Shown: positions 26,154 through 34,975, counted from the stretch's first letter. The stretch is DNA of 64,000 nucleotides from an uncultured Candidatus Saccharibacteria bacterium (GCA_964532205.1 CAZHGQ010000005.1:1520-65519); one strand, 5' to 3'. The notes: a model not told the origin generated them from the letters alone. Program-made: numbers and translations.

Positions 26154-26471
26154 ATGGAAACAAAAAATCCATCAGAAACAAATCAGTTCGATACTCACCA
26201 TATTCAGGGTAAGATTGAATTGATCGAAAAAGGTTTACCAATTGATATTTCCGAAGAAGAATTGCGTGCCTTAGAAGATTCGCTGCGTGGAGCGCGAAGT
26301 TTTTACTTGGACATCTTAACACCATTGCAAACTGCGATGGAGAAGGGAGATACAAGCGTTGAGGCTGATTACGTAGAGGAAAGCAAGAACTTAACAGCCG
26401 TGGAGGTGGCCTTGAGAAAGATTGACGAATTTCGTTCGCTACATTGGAAGCAGATTAAGAATGCGGCTTAG
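26154..26471 (+). CDS. hypothetical protein (start uncertain; track ORF from 26118)
   Basis: Acidic ~105-aa ORF that overlaps the ftsH end; a terminator follows. Confidence 0.35.
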   Translation: METKNPSETNQFDTHHIQGKIELIEKGLPIDISEEELRALEDSLRGARSFYLDILTPLQTAMEKGDTSVEADYVEESKNLTAVEVALRKIDEFRSLHWKQIKNAA

Positions 26472-26488
26472 GTAGTGAGAGAGTGTAA

Positions 26489-26518
26489 CCGCGCGTCCCT
26501 TCGGGACGCGCGGTTTTT
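26489..26518 (+). terminator. rho-independent terminator
   Basis: CCGCGCGTCCC TTCG GGGACGCGCGG followed by T5. Confidence 0.85.
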
Positions 26519-26562
26519 GATTGCTTAAAGGGCCTCATTGCAGTATAAATACGTATATCCAC

Positions 26563-26637
26563 GCGCCCGTAGCTCAGTTGGTAGAGCAGCCGTCTTATAC
26601 ACGGCCGGTCCATGGTTCGAGTCCATGCGGGCGCACA
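26563..26637 (+). tRNA. tRNA-Ile (anticodon UAU)
   Basis: Cloverleaf: acceptor GCGCCCG/CGGGCGC, D-arm TAGCTCAGTTGGTAGAGCA, anticodon stem GCCGT/ACGGC with loop CTTATAC (U33, TAT, A37), and T-arm CATGG TTCGAGT CCATG. Confidence 0.8.
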
Positions 26638-26685
26638 ATATTCCATCTGTTACCTCAAAAGACCCCGGGCCGTAGTATATATGTT

Positions 26686-28116
26686 ATGAAGAAAATATAT
26701 ACATTTGTTATTATAGCGGCCTTGCTTTTTAGCTCGCCTCTAGTCTTAGCTCAATCAGATCATTCAACCACATCGTCAAATCGAAGTGCTTTTTGTTTCG
26801 CCTTGACCCGTGGTTTAAAAATCGGTGTTCGTGGACAGGAAGTGTTGTTACTTCAGCGTTATTTGAACTCTGACAACGACACTCGCATTGCTGCGTTCGG
26901 TGCAGGTTCACCAGGTAATGAAACTGAATATTTTGGTCCGGCCACTGCTCGGGCAGTTTCAAAGTTTCAGGAAAAATATCGCGATGAAATTTTGACACCG
27001 ATTGGTTTGCGATACGGTACAGGTACATTTAGCCATGGTTCGTGGAAAAAATTAGTTAAGTTGTTACGTTGTGACGATGGTGGCAATCAACCACCTGTAG
27101 TGGCAAATAGAATTACTGCTATTTCTCCAAGCTTAGGCGCAGTTGGTACACAGGTTTCTATCACCGTCTCAAAGCTCAGTACTCTCAAAGGGATTACATT
27201 CGGTAACGGTGTCATCTATCCTTCAAATATTTCTGTCTCACGAGCCATTGAAAGCGGAAGTGCAATTCTAACATTCAATGTGCCAGAGTACATCACTCCA
27301 ACTCCGGCTTCATGTTTGAACGCAACTCCAGCATGTATGGTTCCGCAAATTGCTCAAATTGTGACACCGGGTAATTACTCAGTCTCTGTTGTTACGTCTG
27401 ATGGTACAAGTAATGCAGTTACATTCACTGTCACAAACGGTACAACAAATAATGATTACAAAGTTCTCTCACCGAGTGCTAATGAAAACTGGGTGAAGGG
27501 TACAACTCGAACTATTCGTTGGCAGTCACCAAATGTAACATACATTCAGGCGCCTCGATTCAATATTTACCTTGCTCCAATTGAATATTGCACCACAAAT
27601 AGCTTTGGTATTTGTACGACTGCTGTAAAGCCCTACACTATAGCGCAAAATGTTATTGGTTCAGCTGGCCTCTCAACATACGATTGGAATGTGGGCTCAA
27701 CTATTGAAAATGCCAATGTATCAAATGGTCTGTATCAGGTGCGAGTATGTACACAGGGTGATGGTCAGTGTTTCAACAGTGAAACATTCAACATTTCATC
27801 TAATGCAACAAACAAAGCCCCGGTAATTAATGGCATTGATACACCAACAACAGTTCGGGTTGGTCAAAATGCAACCTGGACTATCCGAGCTTCAGATCCA
27901 GAAAATCAATCACTCTCATACTATGTAGTTTGGGGTGATGAGAATATCGGTTCAATGTATGCTTCGGCGAGTGTGCCTCCAGCATCGGCTTATGTTCAGA
28001 GTACAACATTTACTCACACATACAATTATGTCGGTAACTTCACACCAAAATTCTATGTGAAGGATGCACAGGGTAATGTGGCTTGGGTCTCTGCTAATGT
28101 TCAGGTCACACAATAA
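26686..28116 (+). CDS. secreted protein: peptidoglycan-binding (PG_binding_1-like) domain plus Ig/Kre9-like beta domains
   Basis: The true start is likely MKKIYTFVIIAALLFSSPLVLAQ (signal peptide); the track ORF is extended 5' across the tRNA. LLLQRYLNSDNDTRIAAFGAGSPGNETEYFGPATARAVSKFQEKY resembles the PG-binding repeat. A Kre9-like segment is VLSPSANENWVKGTTRTIRW...YDWNVG...LYQVRV. Confidence 0.55.
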   Translation: MKKIYTFVIIAALLFSSPLVLAQSDHSTTSSNRSAFCFALTRGLKIGVRGQEVLLLQRYLNSDNDTRIAAFGAGSPGNETEYFGPATARAVSKFQEKYRDEILTPIGLRYGTGTFSHGSWKKLVKLLRCDDGGNQPPVVANRITAISPSLGAVGTQVSITVSKLSTLKGITFGNGVIYPSNISVSRAIESGSAILTFNVPEYITPTPASCLNATPACMVPQIAQIVTPGNYSVSVVTSDGTSNAVTFTVTNGTTNNDYKVLSPSANENWVKGTTRTIRWQSPNVTYIQAPRFNIYLAPIEYCTTNSFGICTTAVKPYTIAQNVIGSAGLSTYDWNVGSTIENANVSNGLYQVRVCTQGDGQCFNSETFNISSNATNKAPVINGIDTPTTVRVGQNATWTIRASDPENQSLSYYVVWGDENIGSMYASASVPPASAYVQSTTFTHTYNYVGNFTPKFYVKDAQGNVAWVSANVQVTQ

Positions 28117-28129
28117 TTATTAAATAGCG

Positions 28130-30286
28130 TTACTCAAAATGAATCTCCTCCGTTTCGGTGGAGATTTGTTGTATCAGGAGTGGATGATTGGTGAGTTCTG
28201 GGTCGTGAGTTAACATGTCGCGAGCTTCATTACGAGCCGCTTCAACCATCTTAATGTTCTTAAGTGCTTCCATGGCTACGTCAGAGATGCCCCATTGTTT
28301 ACGGCCATAGAGTTCGCCGGAACCACGGAGCTGTAAATCGAATTCAGAAAGTTCAAAACCATTCTTAGCAGTCTTAAGTGCATTGAGGCGATCAAGTGAT
28401 TTTTGAGACTTGGTTTCAGAAAAGACAAAGCAGTAGGCTTGATGGTTTGAGCGAATGACACGACCGCGGAGTTGGTGAAGCTGAGACAGACCAAAGCGCT
28501 CGGCACCTTCCAGAAGAATGAGTGTAGCGTTCGGCACATTCACGCCGACTTCGACGAGGGAAGTGGCGACAAGAATAGTGATTCGGCCAGTGGCAAAAGC
28601 ATTCATGATCGATTCCTTTTCTGTTGGTTTCATTTTGCTGTGCAGAATACCAATCTCGTATTCTGGAAAAATGTCTTTTTTGAGACGCTTAGCTTCTTCT
28701 TTTACTGATTTAGCATTGAGTGACAATTCTTTTTCTGGATCTGGTTCGTCGATGCGAGGGCAGATGACGTAGGCTTGGCGGCCGGCCGCTAGTTCGCTGC
28801 GAACTTTTTCGTAGGTGACATCACGTTGGTTGGGTTTAATGATTTCCGTAATGATCGGTTTGCGGCCGGCCGGCATCTCATCAAGCAATGTCAAATCCAA
28901 ATCACCATACACCGTTAAAGCTAGGGTGCGGGGAATCGGTGTGGCAGTCATGGAAAGGAGGTGCGGCATGAATTCGTTTTTTCTCACCAATGCCGCACGT
29001 TGATTTGTGCCGAAGCGGTGTTGCTCATCGATAATGACATAGGCCAAATGTTTGAACCTCACATTTTTTTGAATCAAAGAATGCGTACCGATAACGATTG
29101 GGATCTCGCCATTGGCTACCCATTTTAAAAGTTGGGTGCGAGAAATGTCAGTGTAGCCACCCGGATTTACTTTTGAAGGAAATTTTTTGCAGCCTGATGA
29201 GGTAATGAGAGCGACTGATATACCAGCGTGTTTGAAATATTTAATGAATGATTCGAAATGTTGCTTAGCTAAAATTTCTGTTGGACACATATAGGCGACT
29301 TGTAAGGTGCCAAAATGTTGTCCCTTCGGTCGTGTGGTAACCGTAGCAAAAGCTGTTGTTGCCGCCACCGCTGTTTTACCGGAACCCACATCACCTTCAA
29401 GTAGGCGGGACATTGGCCGACCTGTTTTAAAATCGTTCAAAATCTGCTCAATTGCTCGATGTTGGGCATTTGTTTCTTTGAAAGGGAAACGTTCCGTAAA
29501 CTTTTGAATTTCTGCTTCAGTTTTTTCAATAACAAAGGCCGGATTTTGCTCCAATTCACGACGTTCTTTTTGTTTACGCAATTGAATCAAAAAAACTTCT
29601 TCAAAAGCAAAACGTTTGCGTGCCATGTCCGCATCGCTAAGCTTTTTAGGGGTGTGAATCCAAATTAAAGCTGTCTTCAAGCTAGGTAAACTATATTTTT
29701 TCAAAATCTCTTCGGGAATTGGATCGGTGATTTCATCCAGTAAGCCGCTACCAAATATTTTTTGCAGGGCATGGTAAATCCACTTTGAGCTGATGCTTTT
29801 TGTTTCAGGATAAATCGGCAACGATAAAATTTCCTGACCACCTTCGGTAAATAGGGAAGCGCCACCAGCTATTGGCATTTTGTCGATGCGTTCGAATTCC
29901 GGATTTGTAATATAGAGACCAGCTTTATTTTGTGAGATACGGCCGGTAAATTTGGCTGATGTGCCAGCCTGAATCATTTTGGCAATGTATGGCTGGTGAA
30001 ACCAAACAGCTTTGATTTTACCAGTATTATCTTCGATGGTGGCGCTGGCCATGGCGATTTTTGTGCGAAAACCTTTACCGAGTTTAATACCCTCAATGCG
30101 ACCATATATTGAAACCGTGTCGCCGGATACAACATCAGCAATATTTACAATTGAGGCCGAGTCACCATACCGATTAGGAAAATAGAAAAGGAGATCACGA
30201 ACTTTTTTCAAACCCAGACGTTTTAAACCAGACTTTTGTTCAGCTGTCAGGCGAAAGATTTTATCAAGAGTGATGGAGGGATCCAT
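28130..30286 (-). CDS. recG: ATP-dependent DNA helicase RecG
   Basis: 718 aa with an N-terminal wedge/OB region and the SF2 helicase motifs (GDVGSGKT, DEQHRFG, and others). Confidence 0.9.
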   Translation of the reverse strand: MDPSITLDKIFRLTAEQKSGLKRLGLKKVRDLLFYFPNRYGDSASIVNIADVVSGDTVSIYGRIEGIKLGKGFRTKIAMASATIEDNTGKIKAVWFHQPYIAKMIQAGTSAKFTGRISQNKAGLYITNPEFERIDKMPIAGGASLFTEGGQEILSLPIYPETKSISSKWIYHALQKIFGSGLLDEITDPIPEEILKKYSLPSLKTALIWIHTPKKLSDADMARKRFAFEEVFLIQLRKQKERRELEQNPAFVIEKTEAEIQKFTERFPFKETNAQHRAIEQILNDFKTGRPMSRLLEGDVGSGKTAVAATTAFATVTTRPKGQHFGTLQVAYMCPTEILAKQHFESFIKYFKHAGISVALITSSGCKKFPSKVNPGGYTDISRTQLLKWVANGEIPIVIGTHSLIQKNVRFKHLAYVIIDEQHRFGTNQRAALVRKNEFMPHLLSMTATPIPRTLALTVYGDLDLTLLDEMPAGRKPIITEIIKPNQRDVTYEKVRSELAAGRQAYVICPRIDEPDPEKELSLNAKSVKEEAKRLKKDIFPEYEIGILHSKMKPTEKESIMNAFATGRITILVATSLVEVGVNVPNATLILLEGAERFGLSQLHQLRGRVIRSNHQAYCFVFSETKSQKSLDRLNALKTAKNGFELSEFDLQLRGSGELYGRKQWGISDVAMEALKNIKMVEAARNEARDMLTHDPELTNHPLLIQQISTETEEIHFE

Positions 30287-30306
30287 GAGGCAATTATACT
30301 CGTTTT

Positions 30307-31107
30307 CTAGATCAAAAATACTTGACCTTTTTGTTTAATGAAGCCTTCTTTTTGCAGAGCTGATAAATTCATGTCGATTTTATCTTTATCAACGGTAATC
30401 AGCCTTTTGCGTAGTTGAGCAGCTGTTGCTGAAGTCTGTTGAAGCTCTTTTAAAATCATGGAACGAACTTCACGATTTGAACCTTTGAAAGGTGTCTGTT
30501 TAATGTAATGGCGACTTTTAGTATTGAGATTGCCGATGGTTTTTTTGAGCATTACGCCATAATCCATTAACGCGTAATACCACTCACGCGGATTTTCTGT
30601 ATCTAATGTTTCTTTAACACGTTTTAAAATATCTTTGTCATGCACGCTGTGTTTGTCATTGAAAAAGAAATGAATAAAAACAGTTCGGATATTGGTTTCG
30701 ATAATGGGGAAGGGTTGGTTGTAGGCAAAAGCCATGATTGCCCCGGCAGTATATGGACCAATGCCAGGCAATTCTAAAATTTCTTCGTATGTCTTTGGAA
30801 ATCGGCCGTGATACTTTTTTACTACAACCTCGGCAGTTTTTTTCAAAGCCAAAGCCCGGCGGTTGTAGCCTAAGCCTTGCCACTCTTGTAATACATCTGC
30901 CACTGGTGCGGCGGCTAGCTGTTCAACGTTCGGAAATTTTTTAAGCCACGAATCATATTTATTGACGACCCGGGCAGTCTGAGTTTGCTGCAACATGATT
31001 TCCGAAACCAAGACCCTATAGGGATTTTTAGTTTTTCGCCAGGCAAACGGTCGCTTATTTGCTCGGTAATATGAATATATAGTATTTACAAAGTCAGCTT
31101 TTTTCAT
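30307..31107 (-). CDS. HhH-GPD superfamily DNA glycosylase (Nth/MutY-like, no Fe-S cysteines seen)
   Basis: LELPGIGPYTAGAIMAFAYNQP is the HhH-GPD helix-hairpin-helix motif. The C-terminal ~70 aa lack the Cys4 cluster. Confidence 0.7.
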   Translation of the reverse strand: MKKADFVNTIYSYYRANKRPFAWRKTKNPYRVLVSEIMLQQTQTARVVNKYDSWLKKFPNVEQLAAAPVADVLQEWQGLGYNRRALALKKTAEVVVKKYHGRFPKTYEEILELPGIGPYTAGAIMAFAYNQPFPIIETNIRTVFIHFFFNDKHSVHDKDILKRVKETLDTENPREWYYALMDYGVMLKKTIGNLNTKSRHYIKQTPFKGSNREVRSMILKELQQTSATAAQLRKRLITVDKDKIDMNLSALQKEGFIKQKGQVFLI

Positions 31108-31204
31108 TCTGTCATTTTTTCCACACGGTTTCGTCTATAGCGTATATGATATACTACTTGAGTAAAAATTATAAATTGTAGTATATCGATTAAATCAAAA
31201 TTCT

Positions 31205-31300
31205 ATGGAGGCAGAACAAAACACCCAAGCTTCAGTCAAACAACCATTTGTTTGTCCAACCGATCCGGCAGAATTAGCTCAGTGCGACAGCTGTCAGTAG
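31205..31300 (+). CDS. 31-aa Cys-containing micro-protein with its own promoter-like A/T box and terminator
   Basis: MEAEQNTQASVKQPFVCPTDPAELAQCDSCQ* is not in the ORF track. A strong terminator starts 5 nt after the stop. Confidence 0.4.
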   Translation: MEAEQNTQASVKQPFVCPTDPAELAQCDSCQ

Positions 31301-31304
31301 AAAA

Positions 31305-31328
31305 GGCCACCCCCACGGGTGGTTTTTT
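31305..31328 (+). terminator. rho-independent terminator
   Basis: GGCCACCC CCAC GGGTGG followed by T6. Confidence 0.8.
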
Positions 31329-31432
31329 GTTGCTCTTGAAAAGGATTAATATGTGTGGTATTCTCACCGCCAGATATTGGTTTTAACTGTTGTGCGACAG
31401 TGAGCCAATAAACTGTTTGCTACGGAGGTAGT

Positions 31433-31741
31433 ATGTCAGTACGGATATGGCTACGAATCGTCATGGTCGTTGCTTGCGCTGCCTTTATGATCCCTGCATT
31501 AGTTGCTTCGGCTGGCTCGGCGCCACCCTCGGGTCGATACTCATGTGGGGTCGATAATCCAAGCTCGACCCAGTGCGCGCGAATGACGTCGAATTCACCC
31601 CTCGACTGCACGTCGACCATTAACGTCAAAACCGGCGCGGTAACCTATGCCTGCACGGTGCGTCAGCCACCAAAGAAAAATGGTGGCACGATGGCTTTTG
31701 AGGTGATCCGGCGGACTGATTTTGTTTACTCCCAGCAGTAG
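31433..31741 (+). CDS. small secreted 6-Cys protein
   Basis: Signal peptide MSVRIWLRIVMVVACAAFMIPALVASA. The mature ~75 aa carry 6 Cys; a terminator follows. Confidence 0.5.
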   Translation: MSVRIWLRIVMVVACAAFMIPALVASAGSAPPSGRYSCGVDNPSSTQCARMTSNSPLDCTSTINVKTGAVTYACTVRQPPKKNGGTMAFEVIRRTDFVYSQQ

Positions 31742-31756
31742 CGCGGCGTCCAGCGT

Positions 31757-31790
31757 AAAAGGCTGTCACCTTCGGTGACAGCCTTTTCTC
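31757..31790 (+). terminator. rho-independent terminator
   Basis: GGCTGTCACC TTCG GGTGACAGCC followed by TTTT. Confidence 0.85.
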
Positions 31791-31879
31791 ATGCCAATCC
31801 TACTATTGCGTAACACCAATATTTGTGGTATATTTTTAATAGGGTCCTTTGACATTTTACTTCTTGAAAGGAGATCGAT

Positions 31880-32725
31880 ATGAAGCGCGCAACACGCATG
31901 TGTACTATTGTCGCGGTGTTTCTTATCGCTACAACAGTCATGGCTGTGATTCGATATGTTCGAACGCCGCCAACACCGCATGGTCTGACGACTGTGCAGG
32001 TTGAAGGTTTCACTGCTCAAAACGAAGATACTGACAGTATCTTCAAAACGTTCTCGTTTGTGCCGATCACCGACGATCCGCAGGTGATTGAGTCGTTGGT
32101 GTTCCAAGCGGCTCGCAAAGAAATTTTCGAGCGGCAACAACAACGTTCTCTGTTATCAGAGCCTGACTTGCGTGATGCTTGTCGGGTTCTGGCCTGTGCC
32201 ATCACCAGCGATGCTGGCCGATCACGTCAGGATATGGAAAAAGATTTGGCCTATGCCAAACCTTTACCCATTCCAGTTTCGTTGGGTGAAAAGCTCGACA
32301 AACTGACGCCGGCCGAACAGTTCAAAGAATGTTTTGACCGAAAGCTGATTGAGAACCCACGACTTGTCGGTGTGTGTCTTAATGCACCAACGCAGTGTGT
32401 GATGTTTGTTGATCAGTGTGAGGTTTCGGCAGATTTGGCCCGCGGCTTTGCTCAAGTGAAAAGTCCGCCAGGTTTTTATCTGACGGAAACAATTTGTAGT
32501 CCGGCGTACGTGTTTCATCACGACCCGGATTACAAACAAATCGTGGACATGCCAATCCAAGTTCGCAGTCTAAGTTGCAGTATCCCAGTCAAAGACCAGG
32601 AAGGGAATATGTATCCGCTCAATCTGACGGTGTACAAAAGCCCAATCAATGGTCGCTGGTGGCTGCACCGAGCCTGGCGCACGGTGAACATGAAGGTTCA
32701 GGACTTCTGGCCGATTATTTTTTAG
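31880..32725 (+). CDS. secreted/anchored Cys-rich protein, unknown function
   Basis: N-terminal TM MCTIVAVFLIATTVMAVI; 10 Cys in total; no recognisable domain. Confidence 0.45.
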   Translation: MKRATRMCTIVAVFLIATTVMAVIRYVRTPPTPHGLTTVQVEGFTAQNEDTDSIFKTFSFVPITDDPQVIESLVFQAARKEIFERQQQRSLLSEPDLRDACRVLACAITSDAGRSRQDMEKDLAYAKPLPIPVSLGEKLDKLTPAEQFKECFDRKLIENPRLVGVCLNAPTQCVMFVDQCEVSADLARGFAQVKSPPGFYLTETICSPAYVFHHDPDYKQIVDMPIQVRSLSCSIPVKDQEGNMYPLNLTVYKSPINGRWWLHRAWRTVNMKVQDFWPIIF

Positions 32726-32736
32726 CTGGAGGTGCC

Positions 32737-33195
32737 ATGAAACGGAGTTTGCTCAATAGCGGTGTGCCACTGTTCGTGGTAGTACTGTTCGTGATTACAG
32801 GTTGTGCCAAAATCTTCAACATGTCCGAATTTAGGCATGACACTGACCAGTTTTGGTTGATGCCAACCTGGCTTCGAACATTGTTGCCGTTAATCGTGCC
32901 GGTCGCTGAAATCTGGGTGGCTTGTTTGATTCTACTACCAGTTACTCGACGGCCGGCCATGATGTGTGCGGGTCTGATGTTTATCGTGTTTGCCGGATAT
33001 CACATCTGGAACATCAAATACGGTACGGCAGCGTGTCATTGTTTGGGTGGTAATGTCTGGCTCGGGCTTTCCAAAAAAACTGCCGGCCTGTACATGATTG
33101 CCTTCAACGTGATGGCGTTGTGGTTGATTATGGAATGGTTGCTTGCACAACGAAAGGAGTTGTATGAAAAGGCTACGAGCATTCACGCTTGTTGA
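32737..33195 (+). CDS. MauE/DoxX-like 4-TM membrane protein (thiol-redox-associated family, tentative)
   Basis: An ATG at 32737 follows a good GGAGG RBS. The 152 aa form four hydrophobic helices with a CHCLGG motif in the last loop/helix. The track ORF is extended 5'. Confidence 0.45.
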   Translation: MKRSLLNSGVPLFVVVLFVITGCAKIFNMSEFRHDTDQFWLMPTWLRTLLPLIVPVAEIWVACLILLPVTRRPAMMCAGLMFIVFAGYHIWNIKYGTAACHCLGGNVWLGLSKKTAGLYMIAFNVMALWLIMEWLLAQRKELYEKATSIHAC

Positions 33196-34000
33196 GTTGC
33201 TGGTGGCCATCGGCATTATCAGCATACTCATTTCGATTTTGGTGCCGACGACAGTTTCGGCTCGTCGCCGAGCTCAACGCGCTGGTTGCTTGAGTAACTT
33301 GCGGCAAATTGCCCAGCTCGCTAATACATATGCCAGCCACAACAAGGGTCACTTGCCGGTGAATTCGATTTTGTTCAACACGCCCTCGAATCAGATCAAG
33401 GAAGATCTGTTGCCACCGCCATTCTTTATTTGTGTAGTGCAACAGGCGGCGGCCAAAGATCAGCTGGCATCACCAGCACCATGGCATTCAGTTATTGAAA
33501 AGAATGTTAAGGCTGCGCAAATTCTGCGTTGTCCGGCCGATTCTGTTCAAATGATTGAAGGTGGTGAAGGAGCCCTGGCTCGCTACTTTGTTTCGTTAAA
33601 CAATAGCGAATACCTGTGGTCGAATTCCCAGTGGTATATCGGTTCGAGTTACGTGCTCAACGGCGGCTTTGTGAATGAAAGCCGAGACCCGCGATTTCAA
33701 CATCGTTGGTACGGCAGCAATCCGGCCAAAGTGAAACGCTCATCAACAATGGTTCTGGCCGGTGATAGCTTTGTCAGCAAAGCGATGCAGATGTATTGGA
33801 CGCCTGAGCTGTTCAATTCGGCGACTACCATGACCTTGCTCGATGTTTATGAGGCGAATGACAATACGCTGTCGAATTTTCGATTGCGTAATCCATTCGA
33901 TGAACGACATCAGGGTATGGTCAACATTGTGTTCGTTGATGGTCATGCTGAAGCAATTGCAGTGAAAGATCTCAAGTGGTGCGATCTGCTGCAGAAGTAA
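33164..34000 (+). CDS. prepilin-type N-terminal cleavage/methylation domain protein with a C-terminal H-X9-DG (DUF1559) domain
   Basis: MKRLRAFTLVELLVAIGIISILISIL is a class-III signal. CLSNLRQIAQLANTYASHNKGHLP matches the DUF1559 head. The C-terminal HQGMVNIVFVDGHAE is His, then 9 residues, then DG. Confidence 0.7.
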   Translation: MKRLRAFTLVELLVAIGIISILISILVPTTVSARRRAQRAGCLSNLRQIAQLANTYASHNKGHLPVNSILFNTPSNQIKEDLLPPPFFICVVQQAAAKDQLASPAPWHSVIEKNVKAAQILRCPADSVQMIEGGEGALARYFVSLNNSEYLWSNSQWYIGSSYVLNGGFVNESRDPRFQHRWYGSNPAKVKRSSTMVLAGDSFVSKAMQMYWTPELFNSATTMTLLDVYEANDNTLSNFRLRNPFDERHQGMVNIVFVDGHAEAIAVKDLKWCDLLQK

Positions 34001-34019
34001 ATGTTTGTTCTATTTAAAA

Positions 34020-34047
34020 GCCCCGACGCTACGCGTCGGGGCTTTTT
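34020..34047 (+). terminator. rho-independent terminator
   Basis: GCCCCGACGC TAC GCGTCGGGGC followed by T5. Confidence 0.85.
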
Positions 34048-34053
34048 GTGTGC

Positions 34054-34341
34054 TCAAGGTGCTTGGTGTCCTTTCTTTCCATCGACGTAGTTCTGAAGTT
34101 TCCATTCTTCGACAGCATTACGGAATGCGTGTCGCAGACGTGACAGATTGGCCTCGTAATTTGGTGCCGCTTCGTCCTGGAAAACCTCCATATAGTCGGC
34201 ATAAATCTCCTGGACTTTAGGTGACATTTTAGCCACCCGTTGGGCCACGGTTAGCGACCGATCATCTTCGTCGTCTGGAACGGTATTGGGGATGGATTCG
34301 GGCACAAATCCTCCTTGGTACGAATTTACAAATCGACCCAT
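34054..34341 (-). CDS. hypothetical acidic protein (95 aa)
   Basis: ORF only; no convincing RBS. Confidence 0.3.
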   Translation of the reverse strand: MGRFVNSYQGGFVPESIPNTVPDDEDDRSLTVAQRVAKMSPKVQEIYADYMEVFQDEAAPNYEANLSRLRHAFRNAVEEWKLQNYVDGKKGHQAP

Positions 34342-34397
34342 ACAGCACGGGTCTTCTGAAGGAGACTATATACTATATATACAAGAGTATCAATGTG

Positions 34398-34486
34398 CGG
34401 AGACGCAGGGATTCGAACCCTGGAAGCCGTTTAAAGGGCTTACCTCGTTAGCAGTGAGGCGCTTTCGACCACTCAGCCACGTCTCC
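34398..34486 (-). tRNA. tRNA-Ser (anticodon GCU)
   Basis: The minus strand reads GGAGACGTGGCTGAGTGGTCGAAAGCGCCTCACTGCTAACGAGG...long variable arm...GGGTTCGAATCCCTGCGTCTCCG. The anticodon loop CUGCUAA gives GCU. Confidence 0.85.
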
Positions 34487-34540
34487 GTGGGTTTCAACTT
34501 ATCATATTTTTTTAAATTCGGCGAGCGTATAATATAACAT

Positions 34541-34972
34541 ATGCACCACGTCGCCATCATGAACAAATCCTGGCATTTGATTGAGAAAATTCTCAGCGGT
34601 GAAAAAACGATTGAATCACGCTGGTATGCTGCGCGTCGGTCACCGTGGAATATGGTAAAGGCTGGCGACACAATTTATTTTAAAAATTCGGGTGAAGATA
34701 TAACTGCGACTGCTAAGGTAAAAGCGGTGGAGCAATTTGAAATATCATCTTTGAAAGAGGTAAGGGATATAATAAAAAAATACGGTCAAGAAATTTGTTT
34801 GGTGAATACCACACCTGAAATGTGGGGCAAAATAGTTAAATACTGTGTATTAATGTGGTTGATTGAGCCGCGTGAACTGAAACCATTCGCTATTACCAAG
34901 AAGGGGTTTGGTAGTGCCGCAGCTTGGTTGAGTGTTTCCAATATTAATAAAATAAAAATGAGATATAATTAA
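34541..34972 (+). CDS. ASCH (PUA-like) domain protein
   Basis: LSGEKTIESRW matches the ASCH GxKxxExR motif; 143 aa. Confidence 0.55.
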   Translation: MHHVAIMNKSWHLIEKILSGEKTIESRWYAARRSPWNMVKAGDTIYFKNSGEDITATAKVKAVEQFEISSLKEVRDIIKKYGQEICLVNTTPEMWGKIVKYCVLMWLIEPRELKPFAITKKGFGSAAAWLSVSNINKIKMRYN

Positions 34973-34975
34973 GGT

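Noticed and set aside
26521-26685. 5' extension of the 531-aa ORF across tRNA-Ile
   Set aside because: The extension runs through a tRNA gene. The signal-peptide start MKKIYTFVIIAALLF at 26686 is the plausible start.
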